From: Gordius albopunctatus
Taxonomy: Eukaryota
Reading direction: 5' to 3'
Assembly (NCBI GenBank): GCA_964276515.1
Contig: OZ193909.1
Coordinates: forward strand, 5,890,001-5,954,000
DNA length: 64,000 nucleotides
Shown here: one piece after another, positions 27,811 to 41,440 of the stretch
Layout of the letters: every line of letters starts with the position of its first letter
Position numbering within the stretch: the stretch's first letter is position 1
Notes under the pieces: model-generated
Told to the model about the DNA's origin: nothing
Databases searched by the model: none
What the model saw: the letters and a program-made list of their open reading frames with translations, nothing else
Translations under genes and position numbers: made by a program

Positions 27811-28878
27811 TCAAAATCGATATGGCGTTAATAATAGATGATTAATAATGATGAAAAGCCGCAATATATTGCCTTTAGTACTTAGGTCCCGGAGCCCTTG
27901 GAGTTTAACACGTATTAAAAATGAGGGCTCGTTTTTAAAGTTTAAAATGGGCCCGCCCGCCCCCCCCTTCCGTTGTTTAAATACTTCGCTTCTCACCGAC
28001 TTTAAAATCAATATATCATGTCCTATGCAAAATGTATGTTTGGAGACATTATATAAATATGAAACATTGTTTGAGCAAAGTGTAGTATATTGGGAAAACA
28101 AAAATACCTCGCTCAATAATATATTACACGAACTATAATAAAAATGAATCACAAATCGAAAGCGATGATTCTCGTAATATATTGAGATACAAAACGGATA
28201 AAAATAATGATTATTAACTCTATAGTGTTAAACCTGGAGGCACTTATATTTTTTGACGTCGTACTTCGTCGAAATTTGTACCAAATGAGTTGTTCTTAAT
28301 CCCATATAGCCGAATTTTATCCACTTTTAACGGATTAGCACTCAGCGGGGGATTATTATATGAAGGTTTGACACTGTCATCTATCTAGTTTTATCGCAAT
28401 CGCTTCAGCATTTACCTCTATAATTTTCACTGCCCCCTCCCCCCTTCACTTACTAATGGATCTCGCGCTCACCGAAGGACTCATGGAAATGAATACACTA
28501 TCCAAATCTCAAGCTTTTATCAAGCAGCGCGAATGACTTTTTTTTAAAAACCCTTTATTTATCAACCTTTACCTTTGAGAGCGCAAATGCATAAGCTAAT
28601 CGGGGTAATTTGTTTGGTTAGATTTTAAAGGAGAAAGTGAGCCAGTTTGGCAATTGATGTTATTCGCTCTTTAATAGCTGTCGTCAGTGTATTCCCCCGG
28701 TCTACACGCTCCTTCCGAGCGACAATGCACATTGTATTTATAATAAATACATTCATTTCGCCTCATTTCCGCAAACAATATCCAAAACTCTTTGAGCAAC
28801 CGCCTTACAAATATTCGATATTATCGAGATCGAAAAACTAGATAAATTTTTGATCGAAAACTTTGGGAATTTGTTGTT

Positions 28879-29077
28879 ATGGGAAATTCTGGGAGTAATT
28901 TGTCCACTTCCACCTCAAAATTTGATCTCAAACTAGGCTCAGGGACGGCAAACATTAATTACGCGACCATAGGGGTTCAGGCCACGGGATCTAGGAACAG
29001 TTATAGCCCTAGCGGTTTTATATTACCCATTAAATCGTCGGGCAAAAAGAAGATTAATATCAATCAAAATGACGCAA
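28879..29077 (+). CDS. Probable PKA-C first coding exon (myristoylation-type MGNSGS..., 66 codons)
   Basis: ATG GGA AAT gives MGN as in canonical PKA-C. Open for 199 nt to a phase-1 donor A|GTGAGA, which joins exon 2 in frame (…NQNDA-I-KEFLE) for a 402-aa protein. Lies in a GC-richer, non-repetitive island; the intron is about 19.9 kb. Confidence 0.7.
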
Positions 29078-29453
29078 GTGAGAAATTAACGTTTTATTTA
29101 TAAATATATTTTTATCTTTATTATATGGCTACAAACTTACTCGTCGTTAACATAAAAATTGCACAGCTAAATTTTAGCATCTCTTGATTATTTTGCCCCA
29201 CCAGTCAATATTTTTTTTGTTTGGCTTTGATTTGCCTGGAACTTGCAAAAATTGTACACAAATGCACGCCTATAGATTAGTAAAAGGGAGGCCTAACATA
29301 CTATTATGCATTATTTGTTTACATTAAACTTAATTTTTCAACAGAGCATGTTTTGTCATTTTGTTTTAATACTAGTCTAAGCGGAACGGAAATAGTTAAT
29401 TGCCAAATGAAAGGCCTGACTTGGTAAATCATAGATTTTCGAAATTTTTTTAA

Positions 29454-29746
29454 CCCGCGAGAGCATTCGTGGGGTACCACGGACCCAGCAATAGTTATAA
29501 ACTTAAATACAAAACGCGTTTAAAAGCGAATTGATCTGGCCTTTTCAGTAGCCTAATATTTTACCAAGAACTAAGTTTGAGGAAAATTTTATAACTTTTG
29601 GCCCATGACTTTTTAAGATATAGCATTTTTTTGGCCACAGGAAGGTTTAAAAAGAATACTTTAAAAGTTATAAGAAGTTAAAAATGGGGTCAAAAATACC
29701 CCACGAATGCTCTTGCGTTCGGGATTTTCAGGAATGCCCTCGAGGG
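29454..29746. mobile_element. piggyBac-type MITE
   Basis: TTAA|CCCGCGAGAGCATTC ... GAATGCCCTCGAGGG|TTAA, plus an internal inverted repeat GCATTCGTGGGGTA. Confidence 0.88.
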
Positions 29747-30520
29747 TTAATTGGAATTTTAGAATCTTAAAATGAATTGACAAGTACATGATGTATCACA
29801 AAAATTTGTCAAAGTGCTCAAGGCCATAATTAAATTCGAGGAATACGGCTTATAGTCAATTTACTCGTACAATCAAACTACTGCTTAAGTACACAGGACA
29901 AATTGATAAATCGACGGGGCAAAATATTTGCCTCTTTGTGGAAAATTGTTAGGACGAGTGGTGTAAATTTGTCATAATTAATGTCATTTTTTGCCAAGAT
30001 TTTTCGATATTCTGTGACATTTTTGGTGTTTTCAATTCTAGCGCTGTCATTATTGCTTTTTTAAATGGGGTTGTGAGCTTATGCATTTACTAATGGCTTA
30101 TGATTTTTAAATCAGGATCTTTTCTCCCCCCCCCTATTCTAACAATAAAAATAAACCTCCACACTAATCTAATATTTATACAAATCACTCTGTAAAATCA
30201 TAATTTATTTTTAATGCGAAAAGCAAAAATTAAATAAATAAAATTAAGGGATTAAAAACTTCAATTGCGACCTGCAAAAGAGAGCTGATTCTAAAATTTT
30301 AACTATAACACATCTATGTGAAATTTATTAATTAACCTTAGCATTACCGGTACTAAACTAAGTCATTAACTGATTATGCACGTGATTTATCATATGAGAT
30401 TTTATAATTTGTTTAAAATAAGGATCGGCTCTTAATTTTAAATTTAGCGAATAAAAAATAAATTACAACCCGATTTTTGAATGACGGCCCTCCCCTCCTG
30501 CGTCAAAATTGACTTTTATT

Positions 30521-30801
30521 CAGGAGCGTAGCCAAGGGGGCAGAAAGCGGGAATTTTCTGCCCCCTTGACAAAAATTTGAATTTTTTTTGAAGGTCCATC
30601 TCCCTTTTTAAGGTATAAAATCGATAGTAAATGCTCTGATTAATGAAGAGAGAAGATTTTTCCAAAGCTGGTTATATAGCGCGCCTTGAAGTTTCGCATA
30701 TATGTGGTACGCGAAGTTTACTTTTGTTACATGATAAATAAAAGTGTCGAATTTTTTTTGAATTTTTCTGCCCCCTTGAGAAAATGCTGGCTACGCGCCT
30801 G
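30521..30801. mobile_element. 281-bp MITE derivative of the CAGGCGCGTAGCC hAT family
   Basis: Perfect TSD CTTTTATT. Sequence is the reverse complement of the first ~200 bp of the element at 32260, joined to a sequence resembling its other end. Confidence 0.9.
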
Positions 30802-32744
30802 CTTTTATTTATTGTTTGTGAGATAACCAAAATTAATATGGGAAGGAAGCATATTTATATAAAGGTCCTCTACGATAGTATGAGTTCTAATTTACTATTT
30901 GTTAAATAATATTATCGATTTTACGAATATGATTATATTATATTTTCATTAATTTAACCCTTTATTCACGGACTTTTTAATGAGGGAATCAAAAGTTGGC
31001 TGATAAGATATTAATATTTAATGTTTTAATTTTGCAAATCGATATTTTAGACGAGTCTTTTTGACCTCATTGCACTTAAAATATGCCAAATAATGCTAAA
31101 CAATATATATATATATAAACTAAAACTTTAATATTTTATGAATTATTATTAATTTCGTTTTTGATTTCCGACAAAATCTATTACTAATCCTCATTTTAAT
31201 TTACTTTAATCCTATGCTTAAATCAATAATTCATTTCACCTAACGAGCACGTAGATCATCGAGTCCATCTTTTTTTCATAAAAAGTTTATTAATATATGG
31301 CTAATTATAATACGGTAAAATGTAATACAAAGATAGTATATTAAAAAAATTAAATAAGAGCGTTAAATAGCTAATATGTCTTCATCTTCCTCTTTCAACG
31401 AAGGACAAGAATCCAAACTTTTCCCATAAGCTAAATTTTGGTGACTAGAAATTTCGCACTGTTTTTGGTCTAAAACTAACATTTTTTTATAAACACTAAA
31501 CTATTCGCTATTCGAGAGGCAGCTCCGTCCGATAGCAAAACCTAGCTTTTCCTTAAATAGTGGAACGGTGACGGTAGTGCCTTTCAATTTAACTTTGAGA
31601 CTTGAATACAAATTTTTAACAACGGCGCCCGCCCTCAGTCCTCACTACTATGTCTTTATTTTTGTATTTCGCTTATTAATAATGTAACTTTGTTTCTTGA
31701 AAATAAAATTTTTAACAAAAAAAAATTATTATTGCAGTATTGGTTCACCATTATAATACTTATAACTAGAGCTGTTAAAGTTATTTCTGTCATGGGCGGA
31801 GCCAGGATTGCAAATTTTTTGAAATTTCAGCCATTTATATTAAATTTAAAGAATTTTCGGATTTATAGGGGGGCACTGGCCCCCCCCCCACCCCTTTGTA
31901 ATATAGAATTAAAAATGTAAAGAGATCAAGCTTACAATATGCCTAAATTTATAAGATAATAACTTAAATATTTTTTACCTCGATCGATGTTTTTGAAAAA
32001 TAGAGGGAAATTATTAAATTAAATTTATGCGAATTTTACAATTATTAGGTTCAAAATTTTTTAACTTTAACGGGTTTAAATGTAGTAGATTTATCTAAAT
32101 GAAATTAAACTCTAAAAAGTATCCCTTGATACTTGTGGTGTTATATGAATTCTTATTACCAATCGAAAAAGATTAATAACAATTACATATTCCCGAAAAG
32201 AAATTGAATTTAAATGCCATATAAGCAACTAGAAAATTGAATTTAAAATTCATATTTATCAGGCGCGTAGCCAGGATTTTCTCAAGGGGCCAGAAAAATT
32301 CAAAAAATTTTTCGACACTTTTATTTTTAATATAAAAAAAATAAAGTTCGCGTACAATATATGCGAAACTTCAAGGCGCTATATAGCCAGCTTTGGAAAA
32401 ATCTGTTCTTCAGCAATCAGAGCATTTACTATCGCTTTATACCTTAAAAAGGACATCGACCTTATGCATTTATTCAACTGGCAGAAAATATGATTATTTA
32501 GGTTAAATTAAAAAATGGCGGAAACCAAAGCAAAATTATACAGTCACTCAATCTGTTTACTTGACATTTTTTGGATTACAGCTAAATGGACGGTGTTAAG
32601 AAAAAAAACAAGTTTTAGCTAATTTCCAAATACTCTTTATACAAAATTCAATTTTATCTGAAACAGAAAGGAATTCCCTAGCCCAATTTTATTCAAATGA
32701 ATCAATTCAAAGTGAAGGTACATCGCGATGTCCATGTTATGGGT

Positions 32745-33375
32745 CTATAAAATGATGTTTATTTTTCTTTTACCCTGCGATATTTTATCAAGAATCTCAT
32801 CTGAAATGGGAGCTAATTCCCGATGAATTGTTAACAAAGCTAATCCATTTAATCGATTTGTGGCCATAATATTTCTTAAATACGTTTTCAACCTTCTGAG
32901 CGTCGAACAACTTCGCTCATTAGGGTATGTAGTTACAGGGAGACAAGCCAGTATGTATAAGAGTGTGGTAACATTTGGTAATGAATTTAATATAGTCTTA
33001 AATGTAGGGAGTGCGTTCAGGGCATTTTTGGGACGAGATGCCTCTGGCGTTTGGGACATTAACTCTAAAAATAAACTAAAAAAGATAAAATTTTACATAT
33101 ACATATACCGTTTGACTTTAGAATAGTTGAGGCATTTTCATCAATATTATTGTTTAAAACAATAGGTGTGAGTGTTTCAATTGAATCTTCATCATTGGAC
33201 AAATTTAAATCCTCTAGAAAATTTTAAAATTGGCAATGCAATGTAATCACAATAACAATTAATATATATAAGAAATCAATACTATATAAACATAAAATAA
33301 AAGCCTAAGTCACTTACTGGAAATACCAGGGTTTGGTATTTTAAGGGAGAAAATTTTTTGTATAGAATTCTTCAT
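32745..33375 (-). CDS. Spliced 160-aa truncated hAT transposase (N-terminal leader fused to dimerization domain)
   Basis: Exons 33375-33318, 33213-33109, 33064-32745; GT-AG introns of 104 and 44 nt; 483 nt, in frame, no internal stop. Expression unknown. Confidence 0.5.
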
Positions 33376-33413
33376 AATTTACAACTCTTCGCTGCAATCA
33401 TACGTACATACAT

Positions 33414-33884
33414 TAGAGGTGTGCACGGATCAAATTTTTTTGATCCGATCCGATCCGAGGGGTTTTTGAAAAATTTCATATCCATCCGATCCGATCCGAG
33501 TTTTTTAAAATCTAAATCCGATCCGATCCGACATTTTTTAATTAAAATTTTACCAACATAACTTTTTATTGGTGATTAAATTCAAAATACATAAAAATAA
33601 GGTAATGCAATTTTAATAGACCTGAAATAAATATAAAATTTTATTTGACTAATTCTATATTATCATATAAAAATAATAAAGAATCTAAATTTTTTGGTTT
33701 AATTCGTGTTAGAGGTGTGCACGGATCAAATTTTTTTGATCCGATCCGAGGGGTTTTTGAAAATTTTCATATCCATCCGATCCGATCCGAGTTTTTTAAA
33801 ATCTAAATCCGATCCGATCCGAATTTTGCCGGATCGGACGGATCGGATCGGATGTCGGATCGGATTGATCCGTGCACACCTCTA
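33414..33884. mobile_element. hAT MITE (TAGAGGTGTGCACGGAT TIR) nested in the 32260 element
   Basis: TSD ACATACAT; GATCC repeats; left end duplicated internally at 33710; empty site visible in the sister copy at about 55790. A further terminus of this family ends at about 21119. Confidence 0.92.
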
Positions 33885-35576
33885 ACATACATACATACAA
33901 TTTACAATCAATGGTGGAAAATTATAATGTTGGGGTGCAAGTCGAAAATTAAATTCTAAAAATTGAATGTATATATTATGTTTCCAGACTTTTATAAGTG
34001 TCTCAAAATCTTTTATGCAACTAAACTAAGCTATAATATTTTAACCCATTTAATCTAATTATTAAACAAAAAAAAATTGTCAAATTTTGGTCAAGGGCTA
34101 CGCGCCTGATATTTATTAATGTTTTATATATTGAATAGTTACTAAAATAATATAACCAACTACAGTTACAGTTCCCCTGTAATTAAAGTAACTAATTACA
34201 GTTATTTTTATTTATAAAAGCTAGTTACTTAACAGCTCAAGGTAACGCCTAAAATTTAAAATTGGTTATGCTGTACAATAAGTTAGAGTTCTTCATGGTG
34301 AATATTATTTTGCTGCCGAGTTATAAATTTTTGCATTTTCTGAAATTCGCACAACTATTGTTACACTTATTAACTCATTGAAAGTTGGCTCCTAACCCCA
34401 ACCCCACCCCGCAAACGCTAAATTTAAAATCCACCTTGGCCCAACAATTGTTTAGAATTTCAACCCGAACCCAGCCCCCGAAAATTATTTCAGCTTTCAA
34501 CCCGACCCGATATAAATTTTGACCCAAACACCCTCTCTTGAAATAACAAGATTTTACTATTTTGAACGAAAATTCAGCAGCTGCGACAAGATAAGTTAGT
34601 TAACCTTTATTTCTTTAGCAACATATTACCAAAATGGGAATAATGCAGGGCAGAGTTTGCAAAATTACCCAAACTCCACCCAAATACTTGTTAATTTATT
34701 AATCAGAACCTTCCAAAAAATTTTCAAAATTCTAAACCCAAACCTGACCCGACGAAATAATTTATTGAATTTTTACTCCACATTTCCTCTTTTAAAAAAC
34801 ATCTTGTACTTGTACCTGTAAAAAATATGAAGTTATGAAAACTAAGCTATTGGCGTCTTTGAGGCTAGCAATGTTTTTCAAGTTACGGACCCTTTCCTAG
34901 GGACACTACGGACAAAATTCCAAATTTAATTATCAATAAAAATGTAGCATAACCTAAAATATCAGCTTTTTGCCTCCTTAAATTAATGAATTTTCGGATA
35001 AAATGTTCAAAAATATATACATTTTAATAACATTTTTGGTCAGTGTATTTAACCTTTTTGGATATTCCTTTTTCTAAAATCAATTGGCTGTATTCCTGTC
35101 TCTTAACCAAAAAATTGTATCTCTGCCATTATATTTTTCCTTGCATATAAGGTCAAGGCTATGTTTATGACTTACAAAAATCCAAACGAGTCCGCAGAGA
35201 ATATTAAAATCACCAAACATTACGCCTGCACGTCGTTATTTGAAAGTTGGCTCTGATTAATAAATGTAAAATATTACACAAATCGACCTTACGAGGAGTA
35301 TCTATGTGTCTCACTTTTTTTTATATATTAGATTATGCAATCAATGGTGGGCTGGGCTCACTATCGAAGTCAAATTAAGTGAGTGTCGTGCGTGTCCCAC
35401 TTGTTAATGGCCCACATGAAAAGTTACAGGGAGTTTTGAACAAGGGTTGCATAGAGGGCAAAATACCACCCGAAAAGAATTTTAATTAAAAAATTATCAT
35501 TTTACCTCTCCCCTTCCTAAAACATTTCCAAACTTTTTTCCTTTTACACCACCACGCTTTTGTCAATACAAATTTT

Positions 35577-36613
35577 TAGTGCTGTAAACATTTGCAAAAA
35601 AATCGAACGCGTTCACGTTCACGTTCGTTTAAAACAAAAAGGAACGCGTTCACGTTCGTTCAAAATTTTATGATAATTTTTTTTAAAGTTTAATTTAATA
35701 TAAATAAATGACTTATATTTTTAATACAATAAATAGCCATTATAAAAAATAATAGTCTTATTTCGACAATATAATTATAAATCAATATAATCTATTTTCT
35801 TATTTATTTTTAATAATAATTGTTTTTCAAAATTGTCTTCTGATAAGCAGGAACGCTTGGCAGTTAATACAGCATTAGCTATACTAAAAACCTGCTCCAC
35901 AGGGGCAGATGAGGGGATTGGAGTATTATACTTAATAAACAAATTTTTTAAAGGAGGAAATTTATTAAAAACTTTTAATGTTTTGTCCCTCGCTTCAAAA
36001 AATTGCGACAAGATATCATCCTCCAATGCGCCCTCTACTTCCTCGCCAAAAAATGATATCTCGCAATTTACAGCTCTTTCATTCTCAATTCTAGGGGTTT
36101 CAATCCCTTTTTTCAATAACACTAAAAGTTTATTCTTTATAGGTTCATTTTAATTATTGAATTTGATCTTTTATATGAAACGAGTGAAAAATATTTTTCA
36201 TATTTTGGCCATGGCAATTTCAATTCATCTGCTGATTTTGAATATTCAGAATCTGAAGATGACGACGATATAATATTATGATTGTCCATATTAACCTATA
36301 AATTAAACTATAATTAATAATATCAAACTAATTAACTTTAATCTAATCTTCTTTTGCACGTTATAGTATGTTAAAAGTATTTCGGAATTGGTAATAGGAA
36401 ACAGGAAAAACAGCTGATTAAAAAATATAATACTTTTTTGTTAAAAATTCGGATTGACATTAATTTTCAAATAAATAAAAACAAAAAAGGGTTTTTAAAA
36501 TTGAACGAACGTTAAATTCGAACGCGTTCATCAAAAAAAGGGACGCGTTCACGTTCAAAGTTCACCAAAAAATAAAAGAACGCCGTTCATGAACGCGTTC
36601 AATTACAGCACTA
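35577..36613 (-). mobile_element. hAT internal-deletion derivative
   Basis: TIR TAGTGCTGTAA; perfect TSD CAAATTTT; GAACGCGTTC repeats; C-terminal ORF KYNTPIPSSAPVEQVFSIANAVLTAKRSCLSEDNFEKQLLLK (35775-36122) with an out-of-frame N-terminal piece (PWPKYEKYF). Confidence 0.92.
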
Positions 36614-37370
36614 CAAATTTTTGATGTACGCAATAAATTATTAAATCTTGGTTGGACTTGAAAACAAACCCTTGTGATCGTAAACTTAATGAACTTTTAA
36701 TGAAACTATGACGAGGGGAAAATATGTGGGAGTCAATATTTTTATCGCGACGCAATGTGCACGCGTTAATGGACGAATGACGCACTTTGGGTACACGAAG
36801 GCTGCCCAATGTGTCACCAATTATTGTCGCATCCCACAAATTTATAAAACAAAAACCGGCATCTGGTTTATTTCACATTCCGAATATGTTGTTTTGTTAA
36901 ATTTCTATTTATTGGTATCCATTATATAGCATTAGAAAGAGTGTTATGCTTAAAATCCAATGAGTTTTGACCATTTATCATCGATTATATTGAATCGGAA
37001 TTATTTTACAAAAAATAAATCTTTAAAGTTATGTTGAACCTTTTAAATAAAACTAGTTTGTGTTGTGTGTATTGTTTTTTTTCGGTAGCTTATTATTGTT
37101 TTACAAAGTATTGCAAACATTGTTTAATTTTTTGCCTACAGACTGTTAATATAGATCAGGTTCCCCCTTCCAAATATTACTTTAAAAAAAACTTATAAAT
37201 TTAATGCACATGATAAAAAAACTAAAATAAATTAGAATTTATCCTATTAGTGAAATCAAATGGGTGGTTAGGCTGATGAATAAAGGTCAATTTCTAGAGT
37301 AACGCTCCTAAGCCATGATTTTGCTTACAATTTTTATTAGTGTTTAAGTTGGATGCAGCCCTCCAGCGAC

Positions 37371-37573
37371 TAGAGTTGTTAAATTGCTAACTTTCTTTGA
37401 ACTCCAGACGCGAGCACGCACAGTGAGTTGCTTTATATGCGCGTTAGCACAATATGTGCTCGCTGTTCCGTGCACTAGGCAGAACAGTAGCATATAAAAA
37501 TGCTCTAGGGTTGAGCAGAAACTCTAGCAGATGGTAGCTAGAGTTGTAGAAAGTTAGTAATTTAACAACTCTA
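37371..37573. mobile_element. 203-bp hAT MITE
   Basis: TIR TAGAGTTGTTAAATT; perfect TSD CCAGCGAC; diverged relative at about 20651-20880. Confidence 0.9.
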
Positions 37574-40404
37574 CCAGCGACGAATGAAAAGGAACCTCGA
37601 TAAAACTATAATATTTTATTAAGTTAGAGTTTTAGTTTTAAATTATTAGCTGAATAAATTTTAATCAGTCAAAATAATTTTTTACAGACTTATTCTAATT
37701 GTAAATCAGTAATAACAAAATACATTTTATATTTAGATGGTTAAATAATTTTCAAAAATACAATTTTTTACAAATTTTATTTGAAAAGTCGGGCTCGGGT
37801 CGGGCCATATAAAAGTCTTTCGGTCTCAGGCCGGGCTCGGGAAAAATAAAATTTGAAAAGTCGGGCCGGGCTCAGGCTGAAGGAATTTTATTTTGGAGGG
37901 CTCTAGCTAAAGGTCACAATTATGATATCTCATTTAAAATAGTAGAACCTTTAGAAAAGGAAACCTTTTAAGCGATTCGATATTTTATCTAATTACCTAT
38001 AGTCTATTGGTGAAATGGAGTTTAATTATGAATTAAAGATTCATGATTACCAAACAAAATTTTGAAAATGCATTCATAAAGGTCGGAACGGAATGCCATA
38101 ACAGGTACATATTTAATTAGCGAGAATGAATCTTCAATTTGCAAATTGTTACAATATAAAAACAGTGTATTTATGATGCCTGCAGTGGTGCCAACTGCCA
38201 AGCCTGTATGCTTCTATTTTATTTAGTCCTCACATTTCAATTTGAAATGATCTTCTAGTTTAAAATGGAAATTATCAAAAATGCTTTAAATTTTAGTCAA
38301 AAAAGAAAATAGTTTTATTACACACGTAAAACTCGGAATTTTATAATTACACTGAGATGAGGTATCGCGATGAAATAACTTTTGTTTCGAAAAAAGTTTT
38401 TAAAGTAAGATAAATCTAATTGCGCCAATTGCGGTCAAAAATGAGCAAATAGCGCAAGATGTTAATTTTAATAAAAGGACCTCAAACGGGACACAGTTAA
38501 CCTTTTTTGGATCACATAAAATCAGATTGTAAATGGACGCGCTTTTTACAAATTCAACATCAAAGCAATTTAAACTTTAAACGAGGCCAATGCTCGTTTT
38601 TCTGCACTTTTTGGTTGTCTTTGAGATCCATGGAAATCGATATGCATCGGTTGCAATGTTTTTTCCCCAACTTATTTTATTTGTACCAAAACGAAGGATG
38701 TCCAATAACTTTGATTTACGGCTTAAGCAAATAATAGGCTTTGCATTTTGGGGAATTCAAATGAAATTTTCGCTCCTCTATTTTGTATCAACAAATTGTC
38801 AAATAATTGTTTGATATAATTTATACGGAGGAAATTTGGAAAATTTGTAAAATAGTGTGTTTTGTAAATTTTTTCCAACACAAGCATGAAAATTGAATGC
38901 TTTTTAAAGGGAAGGCATCATACGGTACCCTTGAAGGAGAAAGAATTTTCAAAAAAATATTCAAGATATAAATTAACATGGACCACTTGATATGCTAGTT
39001 TCAAATTAAAAATTAAATTGTTTATTCATTTATAGCGATAACAGTCGATTGAGATGATTCTAGTTTATCCGTTTTTAACTGAATTTTCAATAAGGGTATA
39101 TATAAATTGCTTAAAAGTTTTACCTTTGTCCAGCTAATTTGTCAAAACTATTAGAAGTGTCAACGACGCAAAGGACGATTCATATATTAACACGAGGAAT
39201 AATATTCGTGGGGAAAAAAGCTAGGGTAATTTTGGACCTCGTACCTACATAGTACATATAGAGCATAAATCTACAACCGTCTCTTATTTAGCTATTAAAA
39301 CAAATAATTTCATAGGCAATTAACATTACGATCGAACTACATTTTGCACATATAAATGGCTTTTAATGCGTTTTAAGCATTAAAGGTAGCATTAGTCGTG
39401 AATATTTATATTTAAATTATGTATAATGTAAGACTATTTTTAAATATCTAAAATTGGAAAGTTGGCAAGTTTTGGCAAGTTTTTGATGCTTGATTAAAAT
39501 TCAAACCGCATTTTAGCGAATACATCTGTAATGATTTCGTTTGTAGAAGTAAAATATGGATTATATATAAAGGTTGGGGAATTTTTGCATATGCAGCACA
39601 ATGGGGAATGGGTTAGAAAAATCGACCTCAAAGCAAATAGATACACATAAAATCTATTATGTAATAAAATACGATGTCATCAAATAGCAGCCAGATCCTT
39701 GAAAACAGTTTTTCATTGGCCCGAGATTCGCTCGAGCCTCATATTTTTGACTCCCCCAGTCCCGAAAAAAGAATTTATTTTTTGCCCGCCGCAATATTTT
39801 TGAGATTGAAATATTCTTAAGCTAGATTTTTAAGGAGGAATCTATGAAATGATAGAAATGTTTTTTGTTCTGTAATTACATCGTTTAATTTTAAGCAATA
39901 TCTTTTGATTACACCTTCATACCATATTTGGCGAAAAATTCAATTTTATATAGTTACGAGGAATCGAATTAAAATTATTAAAATTTTTCAATTAAATAAT
40001 TCAAAATAATAATTTTTTGAATTTTTAAAAAAAAACACTCATTTGTTTGGATATATCAAACTCTTAAGCTAGAACTCCATATTTAAGCAATTTGCACATA
40101 ATTATTATATCAAGGCCATAGGCCCGACAATTTTCTATCTAAATTTCTTTTTCACGTCGTTATATTCATTATCATGAAGTTTGCTTAAAATAAATAGCAT
40201 AATTTTTGATCGCAATGTAAGTTAATATGCCTATGTGGTGTCCAACTTAATACAGATTAATGTTTAATTAAAATATCTGTAAATTACCTCATCTTCCAAA
40301 TTCTAAAACATTAGTTGATTATGTCTAAATTTGAAACTGCCGTTTATTGTATGAAACAACCATAAATCATTATTAATTAATATATGGAATAACGCTCATA
40401 CCAT

Positions 40405-40608
40405 ATAAATGTTTAACTTATATTCGTTGTTTTCCGCACTAGCAAACTTATATTCGTTGTTTTCCGCACTAGCAAAGTGCTACCAAAGTTGACTGGATAG
40501 GTGTTTATAAATGTTTAACTTATATTCGTTGTTTTCCGCACTAGCAAACTTATATTCGTTGTTTTCCGCACTAGCAAAGTGCTACCAAAGTTGACTGGAT
40601 AGGTGTTT
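40405..40608. repeat. Perfect 102-bp tandem duplication, each unit containing a 30-bp tandem duplication
   Basis: Units 40405-40506 and 40507-40608; inner unit AACTTATATTCGTTGTTTTCCGCACTAGCA x2. Confidence 0.95.
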
Positions 40609-41440
40609 AAATGCAAAATATGATTAACAACATACGGGGATTAGTTAAGATTTGAATTAGAGCGGGGCAGGTGCGTAGCCAGGATTTTATTAAAGGGGAG
40701 GGGGAGGGGATAAAAATAAAAATTAAACAACCAAAAGCCGGGCCCACCAGCGGGCCCACTCGGTCAAGGGCCGGGCAGGCAACCGAATTATGATTTTAAA
40801 GTAGGCCTGGGCGGCCACCATAACAGTGGGATTTATATAGTTTACTATTTTTTGTCACTTTTTATTTGTAAAAATTCTAGGATTAAATCAAAAATTTTCC
40901 AAAATATGACAAAATTAATGCCTGAAATTCGAAATTGTCCATTTTGGGCCCGGCGCTCCGGACAGTATTAGTGAATTGGGCAATTAAGGGGTTGGATTTG
41001 TCCTGGCGGGTAATTTAGTTATCAAACAGTGATAGGTTCTAGAAGAAAATTTTAGACAAATATGATAAATGGTTTGTATATATAGAATTAGGAACATTAT
41101 AATAAATAGTCATTTAATTTTTCATTTGCCCTGCGATTGTCATTTAGAGATTTCACCTGAATTAGGAGCATTACCTATGATTTTCTAATATTGCAAATTC
41201 ATTTTATGGATGTCTTGACATACAGTTTTTTAAAAATGCTTGTAATCTCTTGAGTTTGGAAAAACTAAGATCATTGATGCATGGGGTGTTAAGAAGACAA
41301 AAAATGTGGTTAAAGTTTTTTGCTGAAAATTAAATTTAAAAATGAATTTAAAAATTATAAGGTATTTAAGGTGAGTCTTTTATCTGTGTACGTATTTTTG
41401 ATTCTTATTCAAATAAATTGCATAGCAATTAAAAAAAGCT

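Larger units (their letters stand above)
32260..34108 (-). mobile_element. hAT (ZMYM1/PRKRIR-like transposase) internal-deletion derivative
   Basis: TIR CAGGCGCGTAGCC; perfect TSD ATATTTAT; retains the 5' transposase exons and the dimerization domain LPVTTYPNERSCSTLRRLKTYLRNIMATNRLNGLALLTIHRE. Confidence 0.93.

Noticed and set aside
40405..40608. Four 30-bp repeats as a CRISPR array
   Set aside because: Repeats are adjacent or separated by identical sequence, with no unique spacers or cas genes; the context is eukaryotic.
41278..41376. Strong donor AAG|GTGAGT as another coding PKA first exon
   Set aside because: The phase-1 frame has a stop immediately before the donor; at most a non-coding exon.
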